Shown here: piece by piece, positions 1 through 10,193 of the stretch
Position numbering within the stretch: the stretch's first letter is position 1
Layout: each line of letters starts with the position of its first letter
Assembly (NCBI GenBank): GCA_037381445.1
Contig: JARRQT010000031.1
Location: 1 to 40,547 of the forward strand
Source of the DNA: Calditrichia bacterium
Lineage (GTDB): Bacteria > Calditrichota > Calditrichia > RBG-13-44-9
Direction: 5' to 3'
DNA length: 40,547 nucleotides
Position numbers and translations under genes: made by a program
The notes under the pieces: generated by a model
The model's input: only the letters and a program-made list of their open reading frames with translations
What the model was told of the DNA's origin: nothing
The model's database searches: none

Positions 1-1144
1 GGAGCCGCTGATTGCTTTGCCCAGCAGTCCCGGAAATGTGGTGTCGGTCAGAGAGGTGGCGGGGAAGGAAATTTATCAGGCAATGGTGGGATCCTCGGCC
101 AATCCGGGATTCAGGGATTTTGCCATTGCGGCGCTGATTGTTGAGGGCAGGATAACTCACGACCGTGTATCATTCGACATCAATCCGACTTCCCGGCAAA
201 TTCTGGAAAATTTATCGGCAAATGGCTATCTGGAAAAATTAATTCATGCCGGTGCAAGAATACACCAGGCCGGCTGCAATGGCTGTATCGGGATGGGCCA
301 GGCGCCGGCGACAGGGAGAATCAGTCTCCGTACCGTGCCCCGGAATTTCCCGGGAAGATCGGGCACTAGGGAAGACCAGGTCTATCTCTGCAGTCCGGAG
401 ACCGCTGCCGCGTCTGCACTGACGGGCGTCATCACCGACGCGAGGACCCTGGACATGGCATATCCCAAATTCAGAGAGCCGGTCAAAATAACCATCAACA
501 AGGACATGCTGGCTGAACCTGCCCCGGAGGATGAAGATGTGGAGCTGCAGAAAGGCCCGAACATCAAGCCAATCGGGAAATTTGATCCGCTGCCCGATAA
601 GCTGGAAGGCCCTGTTTTGCTTAAGGTAGGTGATGATATCTCCACCGATGAGATCATGCCGGCAGGCACCCGCGTGCTTCCCTTCCGCAGCAACATTCCG
701 GAAATAAGCAAATTTGTTTTCGAACAGGTGGATACATCCTATTACGACCGGGCCATGAAATACCAGAAAAACGGCTCGTTTGTGGTGGGAGGAAAAAATT
801 ACGGACAGGGTTCCAGCCGTGAACATGCCGCGCTGGCGCCCCGTCACCTGGGATTGAAGGCAGTCATCGCAAAAAGTTTTTCCCGTATTCATTTTCAGAA
901 TCTGGCCAATTTTGGTATCCTGCCGCTGGAGTTCGTCAATCCCGGCGACTATGACAAAATTGAACAGGAAGATGTTCTGGTTCTCGAAAATATCCGCGAT
1001 GCGATCCAGAAAAAGGAATCGGTCAGGATTCAGAATAAAACCAGGAATCAGACCTACGAAACGAAACATTCTCTGACCAAACGGCAGATTGAAATGGTTC
1101 TGGAAGGCAGCCTGATCAATGTTGTGAGGAAGGAGGAAGGCTGA
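1..1144 (+). CDS. Aconitate hydratase family protein (single-chain, 'putative aconitase' type), 5'-partial
   Basis: Frame is open from the window edge (EPLIALPSSPGNVV). It contains GCNGCIGMG, RNFPGRSG, SPETAAASA, the swivel-domain motif DDISTDEI and NYGQGSSREHAALAPR. The first Fe-S ligand motif reads GSSAN instead of GSCTN. Confidence 0.9.
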   Translation, partial: EPLIALPSSPGNVVSVREVAGKEIYQAMVGSSANPGFRDFAIAALIVEGRITHDRVSFDINPTSRQILENLSANGYLEKLIHAGARIHQAGCNGCIGMGQAPATGRISLRTVPRNFPGRSGTREDQVYLCSPETAAASALTGVITDARTLDMAYPKFREPVKITINKDMLAEPAPEDEDVELQKGPNIKPIGKFDPLPDKLEGPVLLKVGDDISTDEIMPAGTRVLPFRSNIPEISKFVFEQVDTSYYDRAMKYQKNGSFVVGGKNYGQGSSREHAALAPRHLGLKAVIAKSFSRIHFQNLANFGILPLEFVNPGDYDKIEQEDVLVLENIRDAIQKKESVRIQNKTRNQTYETKHSLTKRQIEMVLEGSLINVVRKEEG

Positions 1145-1262
1145 TCCGAACGGTTTATTTGCAGACGCGTAATCAGTGTTTAATGGTTGATAATTCAGAG
1201 TGAATTCGACAGAAATAAACAACTGATATCTGAAATGATACTCAGGGAAATTTTGCGGGAAA

Positions 1263-2591
1263 ATGGCCACTGAGAGTCGCATTAATACGGTATATGAAAT
1301 TTTGAGCGGGGATGACAGCCAGGACCGGGCCTGCCAATCCATTCCCGATGAAGCCTGCACAAATGTGCCGCGGAACTATGTCCTGAATGTTCTGAACGGA
1401 TCGGCTACCAAGCTGGCGGAGCAATTGGCGGGTCCCAATCTGGTACTGCCCTGGATTTTCAATGTCATCGGGGCGCCGGCCCTGCTGCTGGGTTTTCTGA
1501 TGCCGGTGAGGCAAACCGGATCCTTGCTCCCCCAGATGGTTGTGTCCGGACAGATCCGCAGGTTTCCCAGGAGGAAGTGGTTCTGGGCAGGTGCCGGAGT
1601 GGTGCAGGCCATCATGCTCATGTTGATGATACCTGCTATCATTTTCTTTCCCCCGTTGTACGCCGGTCTGGCCGTTATCGGATTGCTGGCGCTTTTCAGC
1701 ATGGCCAGCGGAGTGGGTTCGGTCGCCTTCCAGGACGTGGCGGGCAAGACCATTCCAAAAGGGCGGCGCGGAAGGCTTCTGGCGAACCGGGCGACCATCG
1801 GCGGAATTCTGACCATTGCGGCGGGAATCATTCTTCGTTTCTGGATCGGAAATTCAACGGATTATCACATCTATCTCATCCTGATTTTCATCGCGGCGGT
1901 ACTGTGGCTGGCTGGCGCCCTTTTTTTCTCCAGAATCAAAGAGCTGGCCGGTGCCACCGGGGGCGGCCGCAATGCTATTTTGGAAGCGAGAGCCGGCATC
2001 AAGAATGTAAGAAAATTTCCGGGTTACCGCAGATTTCTTCTGACCCGGCTGGCACTGCTTTCCATCGAAATCGCAACGCCTTTCTATGTGCTGCATGCCC
2101 AGAAATTGCTGGGAAATCAGCTCAGTTCATTTGGGATTTTTGTGATTGCGGTGGGAATTTCCAAAGTGTTCAGCAGCCCGTTCTGGGGAAAATTTGCCGA
2201 TACTTCCAGCCGCAAGGTGATGATTTACGCCGGTTTGATGGGAGCGCTCACCGGTGCTGTGGCCATTGGAATCAGCCTGCTGCTCAATGTCTGGCATTAT
2301 GCCTACATTTATGCAGTTGTATTTTTGCTGATCGGTTTTGCTGAAGCCGGGGTAAGGCTGGGACGCAAAACGTTTCTGATTGATGCCACCACCGAAAAGG
2401 TGCGCGCCACATATGTTGCGTTTACGAATACTATTGTCGGCGTGTTCACCTTACTGTCCGGATTGCTGGGGCTGATTGTTCAGTTTATCAGCGTGGATTT
2501 CCTGATCGGCGTTTTCATTTTTCTGGGACTGCTGGGAGCATTCTCCGGCTTACGCATGCCGGAAGCCAGGAATATGTTAAAGCAGGAATAA
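1263..2591 (+). CDS. MFS transporter (about 12 TM) with N-terminal CxxIPxxAC motif
   Basis: 442 aa with about 12 hydrophobic segments and MFS loop-like motifs (GQIRRFPRRK, GKFADTSSRK). Confidence 0.85.
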   Translation: MATESRINTVYEILSGDDSQDRACQSIPDEACTNVPRNYVLNVLNGSATKLAEQLAGPNLVLPWIFNVIGAPALLLGFLMPVRQTGSLLPQMVVSGQIRRFPRRKWFWAGAGVVQAIMLMLMIPAIIFFPPLYAGLAVIGLLALFSMASGVGSVAFQDVAGKTIPKGRRGRLLANRATIGGILTIAAGIILRFWIGNSTDYHIYLILIFIAAVLWLAGALFFSRIKELAGATGGGRNAILEARAGIKNVRKFPGYRRFLLTRLALLSIEIATPFYVLHAQKLLGNQLSSFGIFVIAVGISKVFSSPFWGKFADTSSRKVMIYAGLMGALTGAVAIGISLLLNVWHYAYIYAVVFLLIGFAEAGVRLGRKTFLIDATTEKVRATYVAFTNTIVGVFTLLSGLLGLIVQFISVDFLIGVFIFLGLLGAFSGLRMPEARNMLKQE

Positions 2592-2624
2592 AGGCTGCAA
2601 AAATTGCGACGTTTGAGATTGACC

Positions 2625-2659
2625 AAAAAAAGAGCGGTCCCCAAAAGGCCGCTCTTTTT
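2625..2659. terminator. Bidirectional rho-independent terminator between the convergent MFS gene and nuoN
   Basis: AAAAAAAGAGCGGTCC-CCAAAA-GGCCGCTCTTTTT: an inverted repeat with an A-tract on one side and a T-tract on the other. Confidence 0.85.
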
Positions 2660-2686
2660 CTGTTTAGGGGGTGAAAAACAACTTTT

Positions 2687-4180
2687 TCAGGGAATCAGAC
2701 CTGCGGTAATCATTGGGGCATATCCAAATCCCGCAATTGCAGATTTGATTATAACCATCAGGTTCTGCGGATAAACTCCGAACCAGATCAGGAAAAAGAT
2801 GACCAGCACCAGCACAAATCCGCTGACTACGGAAACAGAGGGAGGCAGGGGGGCTGCTTTCTCTGCGGATTCTGCTTCATTGGTATGTTCGAGATACATG
2901 TAGACAATAATCTTGAGATAATAATATAATCCAAGCGCGCTGTTGATGACCAGAATGATAACCAGGTACCACAGGGATGAATTGACTCCCGCGGCAACCA
3001 GATAAAACTTTCCGATGAAACCGGCAGTGAGGGGAATGCCGGCCAGCGAGAACATGAAAATCGTGAATATTGAGGCGATCCACGGATGGCGCCAGTAAAG
3101 TCCCCGGTAATCTTCAATCTCTTCCGCTTCCCTCTCTTTTCCGGAGAGAATCGTAATAGTACCAAATGTCCCGATAATTGTAACAAAATAGGCGGTCAGG
3201 TAAAATGCTCCGGCTTCAATCCCCATATTCCCGGCGGCCAGGAAGGCCACCAGAATGTATCCGAAATGGGCGATCGATGAATAGGCCATGATCCGTTTTA
3301 CATTGTCCTGCAGCAGCGCAAGGAAATTCCCGATGAACATGGAAGCGATGGCGATGATGCTGAATACCAGCACAATGGAGCTGTATTGGGTGATGTGATA
3401 TTCCAAAAACAGGCGAAAAAGAAGGCCAACCATTCCGCCTTTGGATACGGAGGCAATGAACCCGGAGACCGGGGCGGGCGCGCCTTGATACACATCCGGG
3501 GTCCACATGTGAAACGGGACCACCCCCAGCTTGAAACCGATGCCCACAATGATAAGGGAAAAACCGGTGAGAATCAGCATGGTGTTTAATCCCGGTGCTC
3601 CCAATCGGCGGGCAATCTCAGGAAAGGCCATCGAGCCCAATTCGGCATAAACAAGCGCCATGCCGAACAATAGAAAAGCAGAGGAAGCGGCGGCCAGCAC
3701 CAGGTATTTGATGCCGGCTTCAACACACTGTTCGTTTTCACGAACATAGCCGATCATGGTGTATAAAGAGACGCTCAGGATTTCCAGACCCAGGAAAAAC
3801 GAAATAAAATGAGTACTGGCAACCAGCACGGATGAACCGAGAGTGCCGAGGATTATCAATATATAAAATTCCTCTTTGCGGCCCTCATAATTTTCCAGGT
3901 AACCGTGCGAGAGAGCCGTTAAAACAAAGGAAGCGGCAATCATCAAACCAATATAGAATACGGAGTAAGTGTCCATTGACAGCAGGGGCGGGATGTGCCG
4001 TGCTGCTGGCGGGACAAGAAGCGGGTAGGCCAGGGAAATAAATGCCAGCAGCAAACCCAGAAGCGCAAGGACGCCGGAAATGGCATGATTACGCTGAATG
4101 GCAATGCTTATCATGATGACAATGGGAGTTGCCGCCAGGACCATGAGAGGTAACAGTGCGCTGAAATTTTCGGATGTCAT
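2687..4180 (-). CDS. nuoN: NADH-quinone oxidoreductase subunit N
   Basis: 497 aa membrane protein with EAGIKY, GFKLGVVPFHMWTPDVYQGAP and KRIMAYSSIAH; last gene of the nuo order. Confidence 0.97.
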   Translation of the reverse strand: MTSENFSALLPLMVLAATPIVIMISIAIQRNHAISGVLALLGLLLAFISLAYPLLVPPAARHIPPLLSMDTYSVFYIGLMIAASFVLTALSHGYLENYEGRKEEFYILIILGTLGSSVLVASTHFISFFLGLEILSVSLYTMIGYVRENEQCVEAGIKYLVLAAASSAFLLFGMALVYAELGSMAFPEIARRLGAPGLNTMLILTGFSLIIVGIGFKLGVVPFHMWTPDVYQGAPAPVSGFIASVSKGGMVGLLFRLFLEYHITQYSSIVLVFSIIAIASMFIGNFLALLQDNVKRIMAYSSIAHFGYILVAFLAAGNMGIEAGAFYLTAYFVTIIGTFGTITILSGKEREAEEIEDYRGLYWRHPWIASIFTIFMFSLAGIPLTAGFIGKFYLVAAGVNSSLWYLVIILVINSALGLYYYLKIIVYMYLEHTNEAESAEKAAPLPPSVSVVSGFVLVLVIFFLIWFGVYPQNLMVIIKSAIAGFGYAPMITAGLIP

Positions 4181-5778
4181 TTCTGATCTCCGTCCTTTGG
4201 TTTGATCTGAGCAGTGTTCAAGCTTTTTTCAGTCATCTCGTCCCTGGCGGGATTGACCTGATATGCGGAAGATTTTTGATGGTATGGCTGGAAAACATTA
4301 TAAACATATTGCCGCATATTTTTAAATGCTTGCCTTGAAGTGTTCAAAATTGTCTGCGGATAGAGGCCCATCCACATCAGCCCCACAACCATTATTACCA
4401 TAATGGCGACTTCCCGGGGATTATGATCATGCAGTTTCCAGCTCTGAGTGTTTTTACCCCAGAAGGCCCGCTGTATGATCCACAGGGAATAAATGGTGGC
4501 GACAATGAATCCGATGGTGGCGATAATTCCCAGCGTTACACTGACCTGATAAACGCCAAATAAGACCAGAATTTCGCCCACAAAATTTCCGATACCAGGC
4601 AATCCAAGTGAGGCCATGGAAAAGAACATGGCATAGCCGCCCATGCGCGGCATGGTATCCCACAGGCCGCCCATTTTTCCCATTTCCCGGGTGTGGATGC
4701 GGTCCTGCAAGTCGCCCACCAGAATAAAGAGAGCGCCAGTGCTGAGCCCGTGGGACAGCATGATGATAAGTGCTCCCTGCAAGGCAAGCTGATTCCATGC
4801 AAAGGCCCCCAGCAGGACAAAGCCCATGTGGCTGATGCTGGTGTAGGCTACCAGCCGTTTAAGGTCAGTCTGCCCGAACGCAACCACCGCACCATAGATG
4901 ATGCCCACTACAGACAAAATCATTGCCACTGGAGCAAAACTGAAAGAAGCTTCCGGAAACAGCGGGATCATGAAACGAATGAAACCGTATGCGCCCACCT
5001 TGAGGACCAGCCCGGCCAAGTCCACACTGCCTGCTGTAGGTGCCTCGGTGTGTGCGTCGGGGAGCCAGGTATGCACAGGCACGAGGGGCAACTTGACGCC
5101 GAATGCGATGAAAAATCCGAGCATCAGCCAGAAAGCCGTGGTGCCCGACATGGGCGTGCCGAGCAGGTCCGTATAGTTGAAGGTGTAAATCCCGGTGCTT
5201 GCTCCATGAACAAAATAGAGACCCAGAATAGCCAGCAGCATAAACAGACCGCTGGCCTGGGTGAAGATGAAAAATTTTAATGTGGCATAGGTCCGATTTT
5301 CATGGCCCCAGATTCCTATCAGGAAATAAAGCGGTACCAGCATGATTTCCCAGAAGAAGTAAAACAGAAAGAGGTCCATTGCCAGGAAAATGCCTACAAT
5401 GGCCGCCAGGATCCACAGAAGGTTGAAATGAAAGAATCCGATGCGGTACTGGATTCCTTCCCAGGATGCCGCCACTGCCATAATTCCCAGAAAATTGGAT
5501 AGCACAATCAGCAGCAAACTGAAACCGTCCAGCGCCAGGGAATAATGTATGCCAAAACGGGCAATCCAGGGCACGTTGATTTCCATGATCCAGGGGCCGC
5601 TCTGGATTCCGGCGCTCTGGGCGGCCAGATATTTAATCCAGATGATGATCAGAACAGCCATGTGAATGCTCAGAAAACCAAGTGAAATCCAGCGAGGAAA
5701 ATTTTTGCTCCAGCGACCGGAAATCCATGCCAAAATTCCGCCAATAACAAACCAAAGGTATAAAAAAGTTAGTGTCAT
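4177..5778 (-). CDS. nuoM: NADH-quinone oxidoreductase subunit M
   Basis: FFWEIMLVP, VKLPLVPVHTWLPDAHTEAPTAGS and KRLVAYTSISHMG; ATGA overlap with nuoN. Confidence 0.97.
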   Translation of the reverse strand: MTLTFLYLWFVIGGILAWISGRWSKNFPRWISLGFLSIHMAVLIIIWIKYLAAQSAGIQSGPWIMEINVPWIARFGIHYSLALDGFSLLLIVLSNFLGIMAVAASWEGIQYRIGFFHFNLLWILAAIVGIFLAMDLFLFYFFWEIMLVPLYFLIGIWGHENRTYATLKFFIFTQASGLFMLLAILGLYFVHGASTGIYTFNYTDLLGTPMSGTTAFWLMLGFFIAFGVKLPLVPVHTWLPDAHTEAPTAGSVDLAGLVLKVGAYGFIRFMIPLFPEASFSFAPVAMILSVVGIIYGAVVAFGQTDLKRLVAYTSISHMGFVLLGAFAWNQLALQGALIIMLSHGLSTGALFILVGDLQDRIHTREMGKMGGLWDTMPRMGGYAMFFSMASLGLPGIGNFVGEILVLFGVYQVSVTLGIIATIGFIVATIYSLWIIQRAFWGKNTQSWKLHDHNPREVAIMVIMVVGLMWMGLYPQTILNTSRQAFKNMRQYVYNVFQPYHQKSSAYQVNPARDEMTEKSLNTAQIKPKDGDQK

Positions 5779-7667
5779 AATACCACCGCGATTGTTAAAA
5801 TGATTATGGCACCGATAACGATACTCATCGCATAGGCCCTGATTCTGCCGCTTTCCGTAAAACTGAACATACGATTGAAAACTCTTGATATCGCTGCGAT
5901 CCCGTCGTAGATCAGGTCAAAGACATCCTCTTTATTAATGCGCGCTATCCAAATGTAGGGTCTGACAAACAGAAGATCGTAGAACCAGTCGAAGGCCCAG
6001 CCGCTGAACCAGTAGCGCTGAAGAGCTGCGCCAAAGGTGGTTTTGGTAAATTGCACGATAAATTCAAATTTACGAATGAAAAAGAAATAGGCCAGGTAAA
6101 TTCCCACTAACGAAGCCAGGGCGGTGTAGATCTGGAAAAAGAATTCCTGGGTCAGGGTTTCGTGAAAGGTCCTCACTGCCGGCAGCGCGAAGTGCAGGAA
6201 GTCCGAAAATGGAGTGAAATGGCCCATTGTTTCCGGAAGATTGAGAAATCCGGCGATGACAGATAGAGTGCCCAGCACGACCAGCGGTATTTTTAGCCGG
6301 ATACCGGGTTTGTGGGTCGCCTCCATACGGGGCTCCCCGAAAAAGGTGATAAAGACCATGCGGAAGGTGTAGATGGCGGTGATGAATGCGCCCACAAAAC
6401 CAGCCACCCACAGCAGCGGGCTGCCCTGTTCACTGGACCATGCATACCAGATGATGGCATCCTTGCTGTAAAACCCGGCCGTAACCAGCGGGAAAGCAGC
6501 CAGGGCACCGGATGCTATCAGGAAGGTCCAGAAGGTTACTGGTAATTGTTTGCGGATTCCCCGCATTTTGAACATGTTATGCTCATGATGGTGGGTCAGA
6601 ATAATCACGCCGGCACCAAGAAAGAGAAGGGCTTTAAAGAAGGCATGAATCATAAAATGAAAAATGGCGGCGGACCAGGCGCCCACTCCCAGACCGAGGA
6701 ACATGTAACCGATCTGGCTGATAGTGGAGTAGGCCAAAACCCGTTTGATGTCCACCTGGGTAATGGCGCTGAAACCGGACAGAAGCAGGGTCAGGGCACC
6801 CACAATGGCGACAATGAGCATGGCAATTGGGGAAAGGGCGAAAACCACATGCATACGGGCGATGAGGTAAACACCGGCTGTCACCATGGTGGCGGCATGA
6901 ATCAAGGCACTGACCGGCGTAGGACCTGCCATGGCATCCGGTAACCAGGTCTGCAGCGGTAATTGCGCCGATTTTCCCACGGCGCCACCCAGGAGCAGAA
7001 GAGCGGCGGCGGTTGCCACCGGAGCGCCTATCGCCCACAGGTCCGGGGCCTGGGTCAAGATGCTCTGAATGTTGAGGGTGCTGAAATGTTTAAAAAGCAG
7101 GAATAAGCCAACCGCCATGGAGGCATCACCGACGCGGGTCACTACAAAGGCTTTCCGTGCCGCGTAGCCGTTGGCGGGGTCCTGATACCAAAAACCGATC
7201 AGTAGGTAACTGCACAATCCAACCCCTTCCCAACCGAGGTAGAGGAGCAGCAGGTTATTTCCCATCACCAGTGTCAGCATGGAACCGATAAAAAGATTCA
7301 TATATGCAAAGAAACGGCTGTAACCGTCATCATCCAGCATAAATTCCGATGAGTACAGGTGGATCAAAAAACCGACAAAGGTTATCACCAGCATAAAGAT
7401 CATCGACAAAGAATCAAGGTAGAAGGCGATGGCAGGAGTGAAACCGGCCACATCAATCCATACCCACAGGGTTTGTGCAAAATGGTGTCCGGCCGGCGGT
7501 GCGGTTATGAATGAAATCGCGATGAGGATAGTGAGGATTCCGGAAATACCAACTGAACCCACTCCAATCAGCGCCACACCGGTTCGGGAAAGGTGTTTCC
7601 CAAACAGGACCAGCAGCAGGAAGCCCAGAAAAGGTAAGGCGGGTACAATCCACAAAAGCTCGAGCAT
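5775..7667 (-). CDS. nuoL: NADH-quinone oxidoreductase subunit L
   Basis: GWEGVGLCSYLLIGFW, GKSAQLPLQTWLPDAMAGPTPVSALIHAATMVTAG and HAFFKALLFL. Confidence 0.97.
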   Translation of the reverse strand: MLELLWIVPALPFLGFLLLVLFGKHLSRTGVALIGVGSVGISGILTILIAISFITAPPAGHHFAQTLWVWIDVAGFTPAIAFYLDSLSMIFMLVITFVGFLIHLYSSEFMLDDDGYSRFFAYMNLFIGSMLTLVMGNNLLLLYLGWEGVGLCSYLLIGFWYQDPANGYAARKAFVVTRVGDASMAVGLFLLFKHFSTLNIQSILTQAPDLWAIGAPVATAAALLLLGGAVGKSAQLPLQTWLPDAMAGPTPVSALIHAATMVTAGVYLIARMHVVFALSPIAMLIVAIVGALTLLLSGFSAITQVDIKRVLAYSTISQIGYMFLGLGVGAWSAAIFHFMIHAFFKALLFLGAGVIILTHHHEHNMFKMRGIRKQLPVTFWTFLIASGALAAFPLVTAGFYSKDAIIWYAWSSEQGSPLLWVAGFVGAFITAIYTFRMVFITFFGEPRMEATHKPGIRLKIPLVVLGTLSVIAGFLNLPETMGHFTPFSDFLHFALPAVRTFHETLTQEFFFQIYTALASLVGIYLAYFFFIRKFEFIVQFTKTTFGAALQRYWFSGWAFDWFYDLLFVRPYIWIARINKEDVFDLIYDGIAAISRVFNRMFSFTESGRIRAYAMSIVIGAIIILTIAVVL

Positions 7668-7668
7668 A

Positions 7669-7977
7669 TCAGCCTCTCATTTTACTTGCAGCATCGGAGT
7701 CCAGTGTTTTAAAGCGATGATAAATCTGAAGTATCAGTGCCAAACCCACGGCGACTTCGGCGGCGGCCATGGTAAGGATGAAGATAAACATTACCTGTCC
7801 GTCCGGCTGTCCCCAGCGGGCACCGGCGACGATAAAGGCCAGGCCGGCCGCATTCAGCATGATTTCAAGGGACATCAGAACGAAGACGACGTTGCGGCGG
7901 ACCAGCAAACCCACCACTCCCAGTGCAAAGAGGATCCCCGCCAGCAGCAGTCCGCTTTCCAGGGGAATTGAAATCAT
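7669..7977 (-). CDS. nuoK: NADH-quinone oxidoreductase subunit K
   Basis: 102 aa, 3 TM, with [11 protein letters not shown] and [11 protein letters not shown]. Confidence 0.97.
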   Translation of the reverse strand: MISIPLESGLLLAGILFALGVVGLLVRRNVVFVLMSLEIMLNAAGLAFIVAGARWGQPDGQVMFIFILTMAAAEVAVGLALILQIYHRFKTLDSDAASKMRG

Positions 7978-8504
7978 TCCGAACCTCCTTCCTGAAGGAA
8001 CCGGTGAGTTGATTTGTGCTTTCTGTGTCCCAAATGATAAGCGCCTACAATTCCGGCGATCAGCAACATGGCGGCCAGTTCAACGCCCAGCAGGTAGGTG
8101 CTGAAGAGGGATATCCCGACTGCCTGCGGAGGAATCACAGTCCCCGGAATGGCCTGGCCAGCATCCGCCGTAAGAATCCAGATAAATTCTCCCACCAGAA
8201 TAAGGGCAAGTATGCCGGGTCCTATCCACATTCCGCCGGTGAGCAATTTGCTCTCCTCGGCTGCGGCCTCTTCGCCCAGATTCAGCATCATCACCACAAA
8301 AATAAACAGGACCATAATAGCGCCCGCGTAGATAATAACTTCCAGGGCTGACACAAAAGGAGCGCCCAGAGTAAAGAAAATGACCGCTACTGATAGAAGG
8401 GAAACCACCAGATAAAGCAGAGCATGGACGGCATTCAGCCGGGTGATGACCATGACGGTTGAAACGACTGCAACTCCGGCAGCAATATAAAAAATTACTG
8501 TCAT
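7974..8504 (-). CDS. nuoJ: NADH-quinone oxidoreductase subunit J
   Basis: 176 aa with NAVHALLYL and [21 protein letters not shown]. Confidence 0.97.
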   Translation of the reverse strand: MTVIFYIAAGVAVVSTVMVITRLNAVHALLYLVVSLLSVAVIFFTLGAPFVSALEVIIYAGAIMVLFIFVVMMLNLGEEAAAEESKLLTGGMWIGPGILALILVGEFIWILTADAGQAIPGTVIPPQAVGISLFSTYLLGVELAAMLLIAGIVGAYHLGHRKHKSTHRFLQEGGSE

Positions 8505-8656
8505 ATAAGTTATCCCATGTTCAGAATTCAGAATCTTCTTTTAATTATTGTTTGCCTTTGTCTTTCCTCTACAAATATTTTTCTTTATTGAACGTACCAT
8601 TATTTGGCTTAACAAGATCAGCGCCTCCTCATTCGGCAACCTCAATCAATTCATAT

Positions 8657-9172
8657 TTATGGCAGCAGACTTCTGATATCCACGGGAGGATCTTCCCTGA
8701 TTGCTTCTCCTTTATCTTTCCCCCCAATTTTTAAACCCGATCTCCGGTAAAAATTATAGCCGGGATATTTGCCCTGTCCCTCGGTCAGAAGCTCATCCTT
8801 TTCGTATACCAGGTTCTGGCGGATATATTCGGCCATCTCAAAATCAGGGATGAGCTGAATGGCATAGGTGGGACAGGCGTCTTCACACAAGCCGCAAAAG
8901 ATGCAGCGTGAGAAATTTATACGAAAAAATTCCGGATAGCGCCGCCCGTTTTTGTCCTCGGTGGCCTGCAGGGAAATACAATCGACAGGACAAGCGACCG
9001 CACACAGATAGCAGGCGACACAGCGTTCTTCGCCATCGGGGTCGTGCGTTAAAATGATGCGGCCCCTCCAACGCGCCGGAAGTACCGGTTTCTCGTCGGG
9101 ATATTGAATCGTGACCCTTTTGCGAAACATGTGCAGGAAAGCAATCCACATGCTTCTCAGCGCACTGAACAT
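8657..9172 (-). CDS. nuoI: NADH-quinone oxidoreductase subunit I (2x[4Fe-4S])
   Basis: [12 protein letters not shown] and [12 protein letters not shown] ferredoxin motifs; TIQYP. Confidence 0.97.
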   Translation of the reverse strand: MFSALRSMWIAFLHMFRKRVTIQYPDEKPVLPARWRGRIILTHDPDGEERCVACYLCAVACPVDCISLQATEDKNGRRYPEFFRINFSRCIFCGLCEDACPTYAIQLIPDFEMAEYIRQNLVYEKDELLTEGQGKYPGYNFYRRSGLKIGGKDKGEAIREDPPVDIRSLLP

Positions 9173-9239
9173 CTAACCCCCTTATTTATTTTAATACATT
9201 ATTCATCTTTCATTTATTTAGTTTTAATTGAGCATTTTG

Positions 9240-10193
9240 TCAGGTTGCCAGCACGATGGCACCGGTAACCAGAATATTCAGCAATGCCAGCGGCAGCAGG
9301 AATTTCCAGCCGTAGCTCATGAGCTGGTCATAGCGCGGCCGTGGCTGCGAGGCCCGGAGCAGCACAAAAAACAGAATAAAAAACACCATTTTTATGAAGA
9401 ACCAGATAAATCCCGGGAAAAACGATGGTCCCAGCCAGCCGCCGAAAAACAGCGTGACAACCAGTGCCGATATCAGTGTGATTCCCAGATATTCGCCTAC
9501 AAAAAACAATCCGAATTTCATACCGGAATATTCGGAATGATAGCCGGCAACCAGCTCGCTCTCCGCTTCGGGAATATCGAAGGGCAGGCGGTGAGTTTCG
9601 GCAATTCCGGCCATCATAAAAATGATGAAACCAAAAAATTGCGGGACGAAGTACCAGATATGCCGTTGTGCTTCCACGATTTCCACCATGCTGAAGGAGC
9701 CGGTTTGTATCACCACACCCATCAGAGACAGCCCCATAAAAACTTCATAGGTAAACATCTGGGCGGAACCACGAAGGGCGCCAACCAGCGAATATTTATT
9801 ATTGGAAGCCCATCCTCCTAAGACCAGGCTGTAAACGCCCAGGGAAGACATGGCCAGGAAAAATAATAGGCCGATATTCAGATCCACCACATAAATGTAG
9901 CTGGAATACGGGATGATGGCAAAACTCATCAGAACGGTCGCGACGATGATTGCAGGCGCCAGGATAAAGACCGGTTTGTCAGCGAATGGGGGAATCCAAT
10001 CTTCCTTCAGAAAAATTTTTATCATATCGGCCATGACCTGCAGAAGCCCGAAGGGACCGGTCCGGTTGGGACCGTACCTGTCCTGCCAGGCGGCCAGCAT
10101 CCGCCGTTCCACATAGATTAAGGCTGCCGCGATGGTAAGCATTACTATAAGGACCCCGATTATGATCAATACTAATGATATGGTCTGGCTCAT
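9240..10193 (-). CDS. nuoH: NADH-quinone oxidoreductase subunit H
   Basis: [37 protein letters not shown] and PRPRYDQLM. Confidence 0.97.
   Translation of the reverse strand: MSQTISLVLIIIGVLIVMLTIAAALIYVERRMLAAWQDRYGPNRTGPFGLLQVMADMIKIFLKEDWIPPFADKPVFILAPAIIVATVLMSFAIIPYSSYIYVVDLNIGLLFFLAMSSLGVYSLVLGGWASNNKYSLVGALRGSAQMFTYEVFMGLSLMGVVIQTGSFSMVEIVEAQRHIWYFVPQFFGFIIFMMAGIAETHRLPFDIPEAESELVAGYHSEYSGMKFGLFFVGEYLGITLISALVVTLFFGGWLGPSFFPGFIWFFIKMVFFILFFVLLRASQPRPRYDQLMSYGWKFLLPLALLNILVTGAIVLAT

Noticed and set aside
239..1360. 373-aa minus-strand ORF
   Set aside because: Antisense shadow of the aconitase gene with no recognisable motifs.
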